Of a stretch of DNA of 64,000 bases, positions 1 to 14,229 are shown piece by piece (position 1 is the first letter of the stretch; every line of letters starts with the position of its first letter). This stretch comes from Hypanus sabinus (lineage: Eukaryota). Under the pieces are notes generated by a model. The model did no database searches, was not told where the DNA came from, and was given only the letters and a program-made list of their open reading frames with translations. A program made the position numbers and the translations under genes. Where the stretch lies: NCBI RefSeq assembly GCF_030144855.1, contig NC_082731.1:23622001-23686000 (forward strand), in the 5' to 3' direction.

Positions 1-1830
1 CCTGTAACTTCCGAGTGATTATTTCCTCTAACGTTGATGAATTATATCCTCGTTGTCCCGTACCAGCCGAAGGTAATCCAGTTGTTGCTCCAAAACCTAA
101 CAGGAAGCTACAGCCGGTTGCCCTTCCTGCGGATGTATTTCGATGTTTAATAACTAACTGATTAGGTAATATATTAAAAATGACTAAATAAAATGACAAG
201 TGAGTGGTAGATATATGAATCAGTACATACGTACACAAACACACGGATACGAAGAGAGATAAATGTCTATAAATATTCAGATAGCTATATAAATAGTGAG
301 TTAGATAGACACGAGGATGGAAAAGTGGTTACACAGATAGATGGATAGGTAAATATAAACAAATAAATCATTAAACTAACTTTCAATTTTTTTATCTGAC
401 ACTATGCCTCCTAATGCTAATTCAACAAAAAAGGTATAGAGAAACGTTAACTTGTCAGTCTATTCATGCTCATCCGAAGGGAGATAAAAATATGTCAATT
501 ACTATCAGTTCCAAGCAGGCGCGATTTACTCCTCAGACACTAACGTCCTTTTGTAAAATATTGTGTTGATTCCGTTTTCTGGACTTGCACTGCCATGTTC
601 AGTATACACTATAAGGAGATAATTTCCTCATTGTAGCAAATTGGACCAGATGGAAAGCACCAAAAACATCACAAATAATTCATGGAAGGCCAAGAAATCC
701 AGGACGATAAATCCAAATAGTACTGTGATAAACAGATCAATCCGGCATATTAAAGTGTCCAGCAGACGTTTAACACAATCACACTACATCCATATACTTC
801 GCCAAGTGCCAAAAGTCGTTCAACAGATTCTTACTTAAACTACAATTTCATAAATGTAACCTTACGATGATATGAATTCAAACCAGATCAAATCTTAGAC
901 TGATTCCTCCAAATGATATCATGATTAATCTATCATTGCAGATACAACCCATAATAACCAGCCGAATATAATATGAAACCTATAAAGAAAGCGAACAACG
1001 AAATACATACAGCCATGCCAGAATAAAGCGGCACACTGACATCAATAAGTGGAAAAACATAGAACAGAAACATGCTGACATAAGGAAGAAAAATAATAGC
1101 TTCTAAATTTGGATTCATACCAAAGTTCCAAGAGCACTGCAAAAAGCATTAAAGAATTAGGCCTGCACAAATATATATAAATTTTCAGGAAGTCATAATA
1201 CTAAACGCCACTCGAATATTTTAAACTATCATGCATATCAGAAATGTGAAGGCTTAGCTAAGCCTGTTTTTCAGGTTTAAACATCCTGACATGAGAAAAA
1301 GAAGACATATTCTGATACAATATTGCAACTGAACGCTATGTGGGATACGAACTAGCCAACAAAAGTTCTGAGGAGTTACAAACACACTCAATGAAAAGTT
1401 TGTTGCAGTCATAACGATTCTATATGAATACATATCTTCACCCGGCCAAGACAACTGAACTGAATGAATTCAGGAACAAGGGAACATTTATAAAGGACAA
1501 TGAAAATAGACATATCACACTATATAAAAATTACCAAGCCTAGCATAGAAGTAAAACAAACACAGAAAACGTATATTTAGTTTGGACTCTTGGAAAGGAC
1601 GGTGATCGGCTTTTCAGAGGAAAGATAGGTGAGGATGGAAAGAGTACAGCTTGTAGAATTCAACATTTGCAATCACCTGAAAGACAGTACATGATAAAAG
1701 CTGCGATAAAATTTATACGAAAATGAGATATTGCCGGCAGTGGCAATCTTCATTATTATTTGCAAAATAATTTAACTTGACTTCATCGTCATTTGTTTTT
1801 GCTTCCCTCCCTTCTAGCAGAGGAGTGACG

Positions 1831-2984
1831 TGTGCAATGTTTCAATCCACCAGAAACATACCAAGATCCAGTGATTCTTTGCAAGATAATTACTAATGTT
1901 TTCAGAGTCTCTTCATCTACTTTGCGGATAGTACATCGGCTGCTGTCACGGTGCTGTCCGTTGACTCCTCATTTCAGTTCATTTTCTTTTAAGAGTGTTC
2001 TGTCTGGGCTCCATGATTAGGGCACCTGTTCCGCATACGAACCGGCAGCACCAAAACTATGGTTTAATTCTTCTCGGGGTTTGACCATGACCTGACCAGG
2101 TTTCTGCAATGCACGTTCCGAGCCGCCCAGAATATGTGGACTCTCCCTTGAGCAGTTCTGCTGTGCAAGTTCCGGGCCGCGGAGTATAGTGGACCCTCAG
2201 TTGATTCTGTGCGTGGAGTTGCACAGTGAAGTCTGTCGTTTTAGTGTCCAGCTGAGTTTAGCCGATCGCTTTCCGTTACTTCGAGTCAAGATACGAATTC
2301 TGTCGGTTTCTGGCAGTTGAGAATTGCAAGCCGTTTGCTGCTACTCCGATCCAAGACACGAATCGTCTGTCGTTGTTGGTTTCTGTCGTTTCGTGACGAG
2401 CTGACTATTGCTGTCCATTTGCCGCATCTCCGAGCTAAGATTCAAATTGTCTGCATTTGTTTGGTTCGTCGTCTCAGTCCAAGTTCGCGACAATGCACTT
2501 CGTCGAAGTCCAATTACAGACCCCGTGACCGAGAACAAGTCCAAGTCCAGGTTTTGTGTCTGAGTGAAAGTTCAGGCTGAGGTTCTGTTTCCGAATCCAA
2601 GTCCAACCCAGGTCCCGTGTGCGAACCCAACTCTAAATCTGAGTCAATGCTCCGAGTCCAAATCCAAGCATGGTGTCTGAGTCTAAGTCCGAGTCCCTGC
2701 TCCCAGTCCAAGACTGTGTCCCGGCTCCGTGACTAAGTCAAAGACCGAGTCCGTGTCCAAGCTCTTTGTCCGAATCCATATCCGAATCGATGTTCCGTGT
2801 GTGAGTCCAAGTCTCAGTGTCCAGGCCCCTCCAGGTTATTCCCCAACGTTCACGTCCATGTAAGCATCTAATCCCCGCTGTCCGGCTTTCCTAGCAACTA
2901 TTGATAAAACACACTTTCGTTAATACTACCTCCGTTTTTCTGTCCTGCACTTAGGTCCATTCCAGTCTCCGCCCAATGCAACAA
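1831..2984 (+). mobile_element. Probable solo LTR (Gypsy-type) with internal degenerate tandem repeats
   Basis: GC-richer island in AT-rich DNA. Starts TGTG.., ends ..CCCAATGCAACA, and has a TGTCCTGCACTTAGGTCC-type 3' end after an AATAAA-like site. No coding capacity; TSD not identified. Confidence 0.5.
2510..2830. repeat. Degenerate short tandem repeat (TCCAAG/CCGAGT/GTCCGA-type units)
   Basis: Repeated ccgagtccaa / agtccaagtcc / ccgaatcca units; explains the spurious low-complexity ORFs at 2317-2711. Confidence 0.7.
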
Positions 2985-3174
2985 CTCCATGTGACATACC
3001 TGTCTCCATACTTTTCAGCTTCCATTTCTCCCAATTTACAGACTCCAATGTCCGATCGGTAATTGTTCGCGGAAAAAAAGAAAATAAAAACACTTTGAGA
3101 AAGAAACTTCAAAGAAAATATGTCAAGCATATGTCGTCATTTAGGTAGAATTTTTAGTATATGGATTACGAAAT

Positions 3175-5490
3175 AGCTTTTATTTGAATATTTGTTTTTT
3201 GCAATTTTCAGTTTTACAAAGACAAAACATATTGAAGACGTACAAAACAATACAAAGGAGATGCAGCTCCAGATGGAGCACAGGCAAAAAAATCAAAAAA
3301 CTAAAAACAAAAAGGCTGTCAGACAATTTACAAGATTACATAAATAGCCTTTCAAGAAAATGTTGACACAATAGTGGCATCACGGAAGCAACGTAAAATA
3401 AAATGAATAGAGTGATCTGGTTAGGCACCGGAAACTTGCAGTCTTTCCAGTTGTATAATAGACAACATCTCCTTGAACCAGAGTGCAAACTAGGTGGGGT
3501 AGTAGACTTCCAGGTGCGAAGGATAAGTTCTTTAGCCACCACCATTCCTAGAAGCAGAGTAATGTGCATGTCCACCCGCAACTCAGGAGTCACTGCAGAA
3601 CATCCAAAAATGGCGAAGTCGTGATTGGGCTGAATGTCTCCAGAATAGTATTTTGAGAGCCATTCAAAAATTGCAGTCTAAAAGTTGGATAATATAGGGC
3701 AAAACCAGAACAGATGAGCTAGTAAGCCATCAGCAGAGCGGCACTTGTCAGAATTAGGAGACACAAATGGGAAAATGCGATTCATTTTTTTCTGTTGAAT
3801 AATGCAATCTATGCATCACATTGTACTGGATTAACGTGCGGCGTGAATTAATAGAACAACAGTGTGAACACGGGACATTGCCTGAATTCAAAGTTCTGCT
3901 GATATCTCTGAGTTCAAGTCCTTGGCCCAGGCTTCCCTAATAAAATCTGTAGAAAGCAAAGGAGTAAAGTAATTAGCAAATATTGATATTAACTGTATGG
4001 AGTCTGGAGGAAGCAAGAGGCTTTCAAGAACGGGATGGGTGTTGAAAATCGTCTCGAAGTGTGGGCACTTTACGTAAAATAGTGTCTAACTTAGATAGCG
4101 AGATAAAGTGAATTACGAAGGTTAAACAGTGCTTAATTGAGTGAATGATGTAGATTGGCCATCGATGTACAGATCTCAGAAAGCTTTGATACACCTCCCT
4201 CTCCAGACTGTAAACACCCCGTCTAATTGTTCAGGTTTAAATGAGTGACTTTGACAAATAACGAGCGTGTATGGAAACACTGGAAATTGGGTAAGGAACT
4301 TTTATCTGGTTTAATATTCGTACATAATTCTTTAGGGTAAAGTTTTGTTCGACCAGCTTATCTATTGAGACACAAGTATAAAGCAGAAGAGCAGGATGTG
4401 GGGAATATTTAACAACAGAAGCTTCCAGCTTTAACCATGAAGGTTTTTCTTCAGTCTCAGCACCGCACATTTCCAGTATGTAACAGCCCTGTATGTTAGC
4501 TGACAGAGAGTAACGTTTGAAAATTTGCAGATCAAGACCGCCCTTCATAAGAGGTTTGTGAAGATGACTCTTAGATATCCTGTGTTATTCCGAAAAGTTA
4601 TCTATAGCCCCACACAAAGAACAATATGATAGAGAAGTTTCTAAAAAAGGATGAATTTAAGAATATGGGAAGGTTATGGAAAAGTTATATAAACCTTTTT
4701 GATCGCATTTACCCGGCCAATCATGGATGAGGGCGGAATCGTCCAGGACTCGATATTTGTTCTGAGTTTTTCCTAAGGATTCTGTAAAGTGAATTTTGAA
4801 AAGATGTTTTGCGTTCTTAGTCAGTTTAGTACCTAAGTAGATGAAACAGTCCTTCAGTACGCTAAACAGCATTTTTCCCCCCCAGGAAGTCTTCAGTAAA
4901 TTGATCCGCTAAGGGCATGAATTCGCTGTTTTCCCAATTTATGGTATAGCAGGAAATGTTCCCAAAGGAATGTTTACATTTCAGTAGGAAGGAAATAGAG
5001 ACTGCCGCCTCGGCTAGACAGATAAGGAAGTCGGCAGCATACAGGGTCACACCGGTCTCAATTTTGCCCAACTTAATACCGTTAATGTGTGTGTGGTCCC
5101 TAATTCCAATTGCCAGGGGTTCCAGCGCAATGTTAAACACTGGGGGTGGGATGGTACAATGGGTCCCCTTGGCGAACGCCACATTGCACGGAGAACGGTT
5201 TGGATATATCTCCATTTGTGGAAATGAATTATTTTGCATTAGTATATAATATTTTAACCCATTCTATAAAAGTGTTGCCGAATCAAAACATCTTCAGTGT
5301 TGCAATTAGATAGGGCCACTGGATAATATGGAATGTTTTCTGGGCATCTGGAGACAGTATAGCAACTGTGTCATCTTTCCCATAATCTGCATACAAAATA
5401 TTGAGAATTTTGCGGACATTACGAAAGGAGTACCTGCCGGGAACAATTGCGTTTGATCCGGGTAAATTATATTTGCAATATGTTTCAGAA
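3175..5490 (-). mobile_element. 5'-truncated, decayed L1 LINE (ORF2 RT and C-terminus)
   Basis: Minus-strand fragments: IVPGRYSFRNVRKILNILYAD..ILSPDAQKTF (RT), FNIALEPLAIGIR..LYAADFL (YADD-like), and the C-terminal LLLGMVVAKELILRTWK. T-rich 3' end near 3175. Confidence 0.9.
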
Positions 5491-6649
5491 TTAAATTTCT
5501 GCATTATATCGATCCGTGTTGTTGGATTAGAAACTAATTGCCAGAACTATGCAGTTTCATTTAATAAGATTCGGGCTATCGGAAGAAACTGAAAGCGACA
5601 GAAGAATCTTATTTACCATCGCCTGCACATTAACAGTCTCACGTGAAAACGATTTCCATATCAAGAAGACACATTCAGAATTACTCGCTGACTTCTGAAA
5701 GAGTCGAGTTTATTATATTCTACAAAACAGTGCATGTTTCTGTGCTAAAGAAAGATGTACTTTACCTGTGTGGATTGGGAGAAACGTTCAGTAAAGAATC
5801 GTAGTAACAGGGACAACCACAGATTAGTGGGCGGCTCCTGTCAGCATGAGAGCTGAGAGTCACATACTATGGACATCAATCCTTCTCTCCTGATCTTACT
5901 TATTTCCCCGGATGTCCGACGAACTCATTGGCGAGAAGTTTGCAGTTGCAATGTTAATTGTAAACTCTTTGCCACATGAAAGCAAATGGTACAAAATTGA
6001 TGTATTACAGTTATTGAGAATATGTGGAAACGACAAAGGGGTAAGTGACGATTGAGTTTAGAACGCACAGAGGGCGAGGCCTGTTTAAATACTCTGTGCT
6101 GTTTTGGTCTCGATGCATCTCTATCAGATTTACATTGTCACCTTTTTTAGATTTTCAGTTGTATATGGTGGAAACAGATTAACTTCCGAAACGTTTACAA
6201 AATATAGATAAACATCAAAGATGTCTGGATAAATTTTCCGAATTGTGGGTATTGCTATACAAATGCATGATGATTAACCCATGAGTTAACGGTCTAATTG
6301 GCCATTGAGATTCATATAAAATTCCCAGTATGGAAGCGAGCGAATAAGAGTGGAACTTGATTGCTTCTGGAGAAAATAAAATATATTCATTATTGCTGCG
6401 TGGTTGGCGATCGATTGTGCACATGTTTACTTACCATATGTCATTATGAGCAAATGTTGTTTCTATTCCTTGAAACATGTACATAGTTGTTTGTTTCATG
6501 ATGCAGCACATAATAAACCATACCAGCTCCTCGTAAAGTGCAGCCCCAAAATCCACTGACAACGCTGATTTATTTGGAACCTAATTATCGGTCAATCGAT
6601 TTACAATGACTAATCACTCCACGGAGTAGTCTTTGAATTGTTAGATGAT

Positions 6650-6780
6650 ACGCGAACGCTGGGTGAAAGCTCACGCATTCCATGGTGTGGACGCTCATAC
6701 TGCTTACTATGAAATTGAATGGAACCTTTACTCCACGAACTATAGTAGAGTCGAATTAACCGCTACGCTATTGTGCCGCA
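6650..6780 (-). mobile_element. tRNA-derived SINE (HE1/V-SINE-like), decayed
   Basis: Minus strand GCGGCACAATAGCGTAGCGGTTA (A-box head), GGTTCCATTC (B-box-like) and TGCGTGAGCTTTCACCCAG, resembling the shark HE1 SINE core as recalled. Confidence 0.6.
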
Positions 6781-7165
6781 CAAAATATAACTAGGTATTG
6801 TATTAATATATAAATCTAAATAATTATATAATTGTTTCTATTTTGAAAGGAATGCAGCAGCAATGAAGCTATATATATATTAGAAGTAAATGTTACACTT
6901 TGTTTTCAAATGTACAGAGGCTGGAATTCGTCCAAGTGAAATGCATATTTTAGTGAACAGCTGGGGATCCCAGTACGAACAAGTGTCTGCTCTGACGAAA
7001 CTGAAGCGAAGTAGTGGAATGAAAAACCTTAGATTATCTCTTCTGAGTGGGAGGAATTTCGACGTTTCCTTGCAACATCCAACGACGGACGTTTCTTTCG
7101 CAGCACATCTCCTAGTTATCTTGATTACTTGCATTATATCAATCCGTTGTGTTGGATTAGAAACT

Positions 7166-10100
7166 TGCTTTCTTTATTCTTTTTAAATCTTTTTTATTCA
7201 TTTTAAACAAACATAAATGAAACATGAATATGGAGTGTTTGAAAGTACATAATGAATAGTCTAAGTATACATTCAAATACATAATAATCCTTATATTATG
7301 TTTCCAGACTCATAGCAATTACGAAAAAAGGAGAAACTAAAACAAATCCACAAAAAAAAAGAAAAAAAATAACTAACCAACATGGGCCATTCACATTATG
7401 TCAAAAATACACAATAGCGTCAATAACACCGTACCTCCATCCAAATAATTAAGGATAATAATTAAGGTTTATGGAAAGTCAGCTTAGCAAATATGAAAAT
7501 GTTGAATAAATGGTCTCCAAGTTTTTTCAAATTTAACTGAATAATCAAAGACAACACTTCTATTTTTTTTCTAAGATCAAACAAGAGATCGTTTGAGAAA
7601 ACCACTGAAATATAGTTGGTATTCATTTATTTCCAGTTCAATAGGATAGATCTTTCAGCCATTAATGTAACAAATGCAATCATCCGTCTCGCTGAGGGGG
7701 TTAAACAACTATTATCCACCGTTGGTAAATTCAAAAATTGCAGTAATAGGATGCGGTTGCAATTTGATATTCAGATATGTTGATATTATACCGAAAATAC
7801 CTTTCCAATAATTTTGCAAACAATGGTAAGACCAAAACATATGGGTAAATGAAGCAACTTCAGAATGACATCTGTCACAGGTTAGATTAACATAATAATA
7901 AAATCGAGCAAGTTTACAATTGAGTAATTGTAAAATTTTCTCCCACTACTCAGTGGGTATAAGGCAATGAAGTTCTTTTTCCCATTCCCTCTTACTTTTT
8001 TCTGATACTTTCGGCTGTATTTTCATGATCATATTATAAATGGCGGCTAGAAAACCCTTCCGGCAAGGATTCAGAGCTATTTGTTTCCCGTAATGTCCGT
8101 TAAACATAATTTCGGAAAAGTCTGTAATATATGATTCAAGAAATTGCTAACTTGCAAGTATTTAAAAAAAATGAGTTTTCGGTAAATTATATTTATTAGA
8201 TAGCTGTTCAAGGGACATAAAACTATTATCTAAAAATAGATCAGGAAATCATGTTATACCATTTCTTTTCCATAAAGCAAAACATTCATCCATAAAAGAG
8301 GACCGAAAAAATTTAGATACAATAGGGCTTGATAGGATAAACTAATTCAAGCCAAATCATTTACGAATTTTAAACTATATTCGCAATGTATGTTAATCTA
8401 TAGAATCAGTTATTTGTTTATTCAATTTAGATAAAGGGAAAGCAAGTGAAAGTCCTACAATTGAAAACAATGAAAAATCTTGTACAGATTTAAATTCCCA
8501 ATTTACCTATTGTGGCCAAGATGCTATAATCGATTCTTGTGTTCAAAATATTAAATATCGAATATTAACTGCCCAATAGTAAAATCTCAGGTTTAGGAAA
8601 ACCAGACCTTCCTCCTTTATAGGCTTCTGTAAATATTTTTTGCTTAGTCCAGGATATTTATTCTGCCACTCATACGAGTATATTTGGAGATAATAATATC
8701 AAAAAAATATAGGAATATTAATTGGTAGTGTTTGGAATAAATATAAATATTAAGGTAATACTATCTTCTTAATAGGATTAATTCGACGAACCAATGACAA
8801 AGATAATGGGGCCATCTAGTAACAAGTTTGTTAATTTGGTCAATTAAAGGTAAAACATTAAAGTTAAATAAACCTTTATGTTTCTTGGTAATTTTAATAC
8901 CCAAACAAGTAAAATGATCTGTGACAACTTTAAATGGTCAAATGTTTATCAATTGGAATTTGCATATTTAAAGGAAATAATTTACTGTTATTAAAAATCA
9001 GTTTGTTACCAGAAAAGATACTAAACTGAGAAAGCAAGTACGAAATAGCCGGTATAGAGCGGCCAGGGTCAGATAGGTATAGTAACAAATCAGCAGCATA
9101 AAATGATAATCTATAAATCATTTCCCCACGGGTAATACACAAAATATTAGGTGATTCACGAATGGCAATAGCTAAAGGTTCCAAAACAATGTCAAGTAGT
9201 AAAGGACTCAAAGGACTGCCTTGCCTTTCACCACGGAATAACTAAAAAAATGAGATCCTTGATTATTCGTAAAAATCGAAGCCAAAGTTTTATAGTATAT
9301 TAAGGTAATCCACGATAAAACTTTCGAACTGAAATTAAAATGTTGCAACGTATTATATACATATGGCCATTCAACTTTATCAAACGCTTTTTAAGCTTCT
9401 TAGGGAATGGCACATTCTGGTATTTTGTATGAAGGAGTATAAATAATATTTTTTTAATTTTCTGTCGTTAAAAGATGAATGATGGTTTTGATAAATCTAG
9501 TCTGATCTTCAGGAATAAATCTAGGTAATATATTTTCTAATCTAGTGGCCAAAATTTTGCTAAAAATCTTAGAGTCCGTATTCATCAAGGATATGGGCCG
9601 ATAGGATGCACATTCAGTTGGGTCTTTATCTTTTTTAAGAATTAAAGAAACAGAGACATCATAAAAATTGTGGCAATTTACCTACAATTAACACATCTTT
9701 ACAAATTTTACAAAAGCAAGGAGAGAGAATAGAGGAGATTTTTTTTTTAATTCTGCAGTATAACCATCTGTACCAGAGACTTTAGCTGATTTTTTTTTTT
9801 TTAATAGGCTCTTTTATTTCGGTTTTCGTAATAGGTCCGTCAGGAAGTACACTATCTTCTGCTGTTAATTTTGGGATATTCAATTTTCTGAAAAAATCAT
9901 CCATTATAGTAGAATTCTCAACAAACTTTGATTGATAGAAAGAGTTATAAAAATCTTGAAACGCTTTATTTATATTTTTATGATCAATGGTCAAAGTGCG
10001 ATCGCGTTTACGAATCTTAGTAATTTGAATTTTAACCGAAGCAGTTTTCAATTGATTAGCCAATAATTTGCCAGATTTATCTCTATGCACGTAGAAATGG

Positions 10101-12947
10101 TTTCTAGATTTAATTAACTGATTTTCAGTAGAAGAGGATAATAACAAACTATGCTCCAATTGAAGTTCAGCTCTTTCTTTATAAAGTTCTTTGCTGGGGG
10201 GTCACTGAATAAATGTCATCAATTGCTTTAATTTTATCAACCAACTTTAATATTTCAGATTTATTTAGTTTCCTAACTCCAGCAGAGTATGTAATAATCT
10301 TTCCACGAATAAATGCTTTACAATTGTCCCATAAAGTTCTACCAGAGGTCTCTGCATTTGTTGAATATGTTGAAAAAAAAAAACAACTCAATTTGTTGTT
10401 TAATAACATTAAGAAAGTCTGAGTACAGCAAAAAAATAGAATTGAACCTCCAAGATTTGGCATTAGAAGATGAATCCATTGTCTTAATAGATAGCTTCAA
10501 AGGTGCATAGTCAGAAATGGTAATGTAATCATATGTACAATCAATACAATCTGTAAGTAAAAGATGATCAATAAAGAAGTAATCAATTTTTGATTAATTA
10601 TGTTAAACATGAGAAACTTATGAAAATTCTTTGTCACTGTGGTGTAAGAAACCGCCAAAGATCGGAAATTCCAGAATCAAACAGAATGGAATTGATAAGA
10701 GAGGCCGATTTATTCGGAAGATCTTGGGTGGGCTTAGATCTATCCATCGAAGAGTTTCAGCAACAGTTAAAATCACCACCTATTATCAGCGTGTACTGAT
10801 TCTAATTAGGAAAGGATGTCAATAGTCACTTAAAATTTTCAGGACAATCAGTGTTTGGAGCATAAATATTAACTAAATCAATTTTTTGATTACAACGTAA
10901 ACCAGTAATAAGCAAAAATCTACCTTGTGGTTCCGAAATTGTTTCATAGTGTATAAAGGAGGTTGATTAATCTATATAAAATGGATACGCCTCTTATTTT
11001 GGCTTGGGAATTCGAGTCTTCCAAAAGCTAAAAAAATCGTTGACTATCCACCTTCCACACATGAGTCTCTTGTACAAAGTCAATATTAGCATTTATTATG
11101 TGGAATACTTTGAATATTGTTTTCCGTTTGATCGGATGATTTAAACCGTTATTATTCCAAGAATCAAAATTAATAATCTTATCCATATTGCCAATATTTA
11201 TTACAATTAACACATAAAGTTATAAAAACGGATGAACATGAATCCGGAAGAGGGAAGTATGTTCAAGGATGAACCGGAAGTTATGATACTGCAACCATTT
11301 TTGTAGTTTCCTCAGCCCATGAAGTAAAACTATGCGTGAAGCAAGAAAAACGAAAGATCCCCCTCACTCCACCCTCAAAACTCCAGAAAAAATTTCAAAA
11401 AGAGGCAAGCAGACAATCTAATACTAAATTTACCCCCATGTCTCAAGACGGCAACAAGCAATTTTTTTTTGAAAGGTACAAACCACCAATATTTTAAGAA
11501 ATGATTAGTATAACAAAGATTAAACTATAAAATTAGTATTATATATATAAAACAAAAGATTTTAACAAAACAAAAAATAACTAAAACGTTAAAACCCATA
11601 AATGGATAATATTGTATTAGTGTTTTAAAAGAAAGTCCTTAAACTTATTCAGTCACATCGAAACCGATGTGACGTCCTAAGGTCTTTGGGGAAAAGTACC
11701 GACATTTTAGAAAAGTCTTTTATTAAAAAACAGCTTAATATTTAAGCGTTAAAAATAAAAAAGTGTATATGAACTTAAAAGAAAAACCTAATGAGTTAGT
11801 TTCAGAACTAACAGAATAATAATAGAAGAAGAACCATTAAAAAACGGACCTTTACTGTGTGTAAGAAATGCACTGTTCGCCATCACGTAAAAAAAAAATC
11901 ATCAAATTATAAAAAGATCCAAATCTATAGACTAATCATTACATTAGTTAACTCGTAGTTAGAAAAAGTACTATCCTTCAAGGAATCATTGAGCATCCGC
12001 TGGAGATTTGAACAGCCGATAAGTCCCATCTTTCAAAGTAACTCTCAATTGTTCTGGAAATAGCATCGCTTGCTCGTAGTCTTTCTGAAGATTTTCCGAC
12101 ATAACTAATTTAAAAGTCATTCTTGCCCTTAGCACTTCGGGACTATAGACTTCCAGAATACGAAATTTGAAATTTTGAAAACGGATCATGCCCTTTTTCC
12201 GGGCAGCCCGAATCAAACGTTCTTTTGTATGAGGATAATGAATCCCGAGAATGACTGGTCGTGGTTTTGGACCTGGAGCTGATTGAAATCGAGAAATGCG
12301 ATGTGCACGGTCGATTATTGGAGGGGTATCCAGTAAATTTGAGTCGATGACGTCCTTTAAAATTTTAGAGAACAATACAGTGTGATCACCGTTCCAAAAT
12401 TTTCCGGAAGCCCAATTATCCAGAGATATTGTCTTTGAGAGTGGTTTGCAAGATTACTGATTTTAGATTTATAACGATCCAGCAGTTGAGAAGTTAACGC
12501 TTGCTGTTGTTGCAGAGTTTCAATTTTATGATCTCTCTGGCGAGCGGCATCTTCAAAATCTAAAATGTTTGCTTGTTGTTGTTGTGAATCCAGTGTAAAT
12601 GATTGAAGTTTTGCATCGACTCTCTTTAAAATTTCATCGAGCGTAGATAGCTTTGGAGTTAATTTATACTCCTGTTTTTTAAGTCTATCGTCCATATGTT
12701 TCGTAATTGCATCCAGAGTTAACGGTTCTTTCGTCTGTTTCGATTCCTTAGGTTCTCGTGGTTGAGACATTTTAACGAGTTGAAAATGATTCAAACAGTT
12801 GAAAAATATTGCATAAGTATGAAACCCTTTAGAATATTCATAAACAGGTCAATTAGGGGGTGCTTGTAGGTAGAAAAAAGTAAAAGGATTGGAGCGAAGC
12901 CTAAAACAGTTTCACTCCATAAGCACCATCTTGAGACCTCTCCGGGA
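7166..12947 (-). mobile_element. Near full-length decayed L1 LINE with target-site duplication
   Basis: 5' end ..TCTCAAGATGG. ORF1 at 11986-12794 (coiled coil, IIDRAHR..PRPVI). ORF2 EN starts ~11213 (SWNNNGLNHPIKR..VQETH), followed by linker and RT (LLDIVLEPLA..FYAADLLLY). TSD TAGAAACT at 7158-7165 and 12948-12955. Many stops and frameshifts. Confidence 0.95.
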
Positions 12948-13119
12948 TAGAAACTAATTGCCAAAATTGTGCAATTTCATTTAATAACATTCGTGCTATC
13001 GAAAGAAACTGAGAGCGACAGAAGAATCTCAATTACCATCGCCTGCACATTAATAGTCTCAGGTGAAAACATCTTACATATCAAGAAAACACTTTCAGTC
13101 TCCCTGAGGTAGTTTTGTG

Positions 13120-13573
13120 ATAAGGGGTCGGGCGTGAATATGGGTTAAAAAATCAGGTTGAATGAACTCGGGCTTTTCTCCTTGGATCTACGGAGGATGA
13201 CAGGTGGTTCATAGACGTGGACAAGATTATTAGAGACATTGAACATGTGGATAGTCAGAGGTTTGTCGCAGTGCTGAAATGGCTGTCATAAGAAGACACA
13301 AGTTTAAGGTGCTTGGGAATAGGTACAGAGGAGATGTCAGGGGTACGTTTTATACACAAAGAGCGGTAAGTGTGAGAAGTGGGCTGCCGGCAACGGTGTT
13401 GGAGGCGGATACGATAGGATTTTTAAAGATTATTTTGGATAGGTACATGTAGCTTAGGAAAATATAGGGCTATGTGTAAACCTGTAATTCCTAAGCTAGG
13501 GACATGTTTGGCACAACTTTGTGGGCCGAAGTACATGTATTGTGCTGTAGGTTTTCTATGTTTCTATGTTTCT
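13120..13573 (+). mobile_element. CR1-type LINE 3' end
   Basis: End-of-ORF2 and 3'UTR sequence typical of shark CR1/HER1 LINEs, ending in a (TTCTATG)n tail at ~13554-13573. Confidence 0.75.
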
Positions 13574-14169
13574 GGAAGGTAATGTTAACTGTAGTTCGTG
13601 ATGCCATATACTTCCAAAGCAATACATTATGTATTTATTTTTGGAATTTGAAACATTTCAATGCCCGTTACTTTTCTGCCGCCGTTCATACGGCACAAAC
13701 GGATTTGCTATGCTCATTCATTCAAAATGGATGGTAGATTGTATGTAACACATCGCTAAACTGGAGAATGCTTTGGAATCCGCAAACAAAAAAAAATAGT
13801 ATAGCAGTGCACACCCAAAGGTCGAGTGGCGCAATCACTTTCCTATATGATATGAACTTCTTATCTGCAATGCAAACTGCTGAAGACATTGATGCCTTTT
13901 GGCTCAATGGAATGTACTCTTGAGGGTTCTGTGTCTTCCATCATTAGAAATGAGAGGAATCAGTAGATCCGCCAGCTTACATGGAAATGGTGCTTGGAAC
14001 CAACTGCTCCCATCAGGATAGGATGATTTCCTCCCGAACTTTGTGGGTCTTGATTCTGGTACTTTAATTTTCTGGATCACAATTCAAATAAAAATCCCAG
14101 CACATTGCGGTTTCTTGCCGTTGTCTCCGTTCTCGGCAGTGGTGTATTTATATTTTTTACTACTAAATG

Positions 14170-14207
14170 AGTTTTTGTATTGTTCTCTCGCTGCATAGAG
14201 CACTGTG
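14170..14207 (-). other. Second (orphan) recombination signal sequence, 22-nt spacer, downstream of supporting V1
   Basis: Minus strand CACAGTG (14207-14201), 22-nt spacer, ACAAAAACT (14178-14170): perfect heptamer and 8/9 nonamer. Confidence 0.85.
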
Positions 14208-14229
14208 TGCTTGTAACGCGAAACGCACT

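Noticed and set aside
5766-5820. Leader-like pseudo-exon on the minus strand (GTG-VVPVTTILY*TFLPIHT-G|GTAAAG)
   Set aside because: No ATG, in-frame stop, and no recognisable V exon downstream of it.
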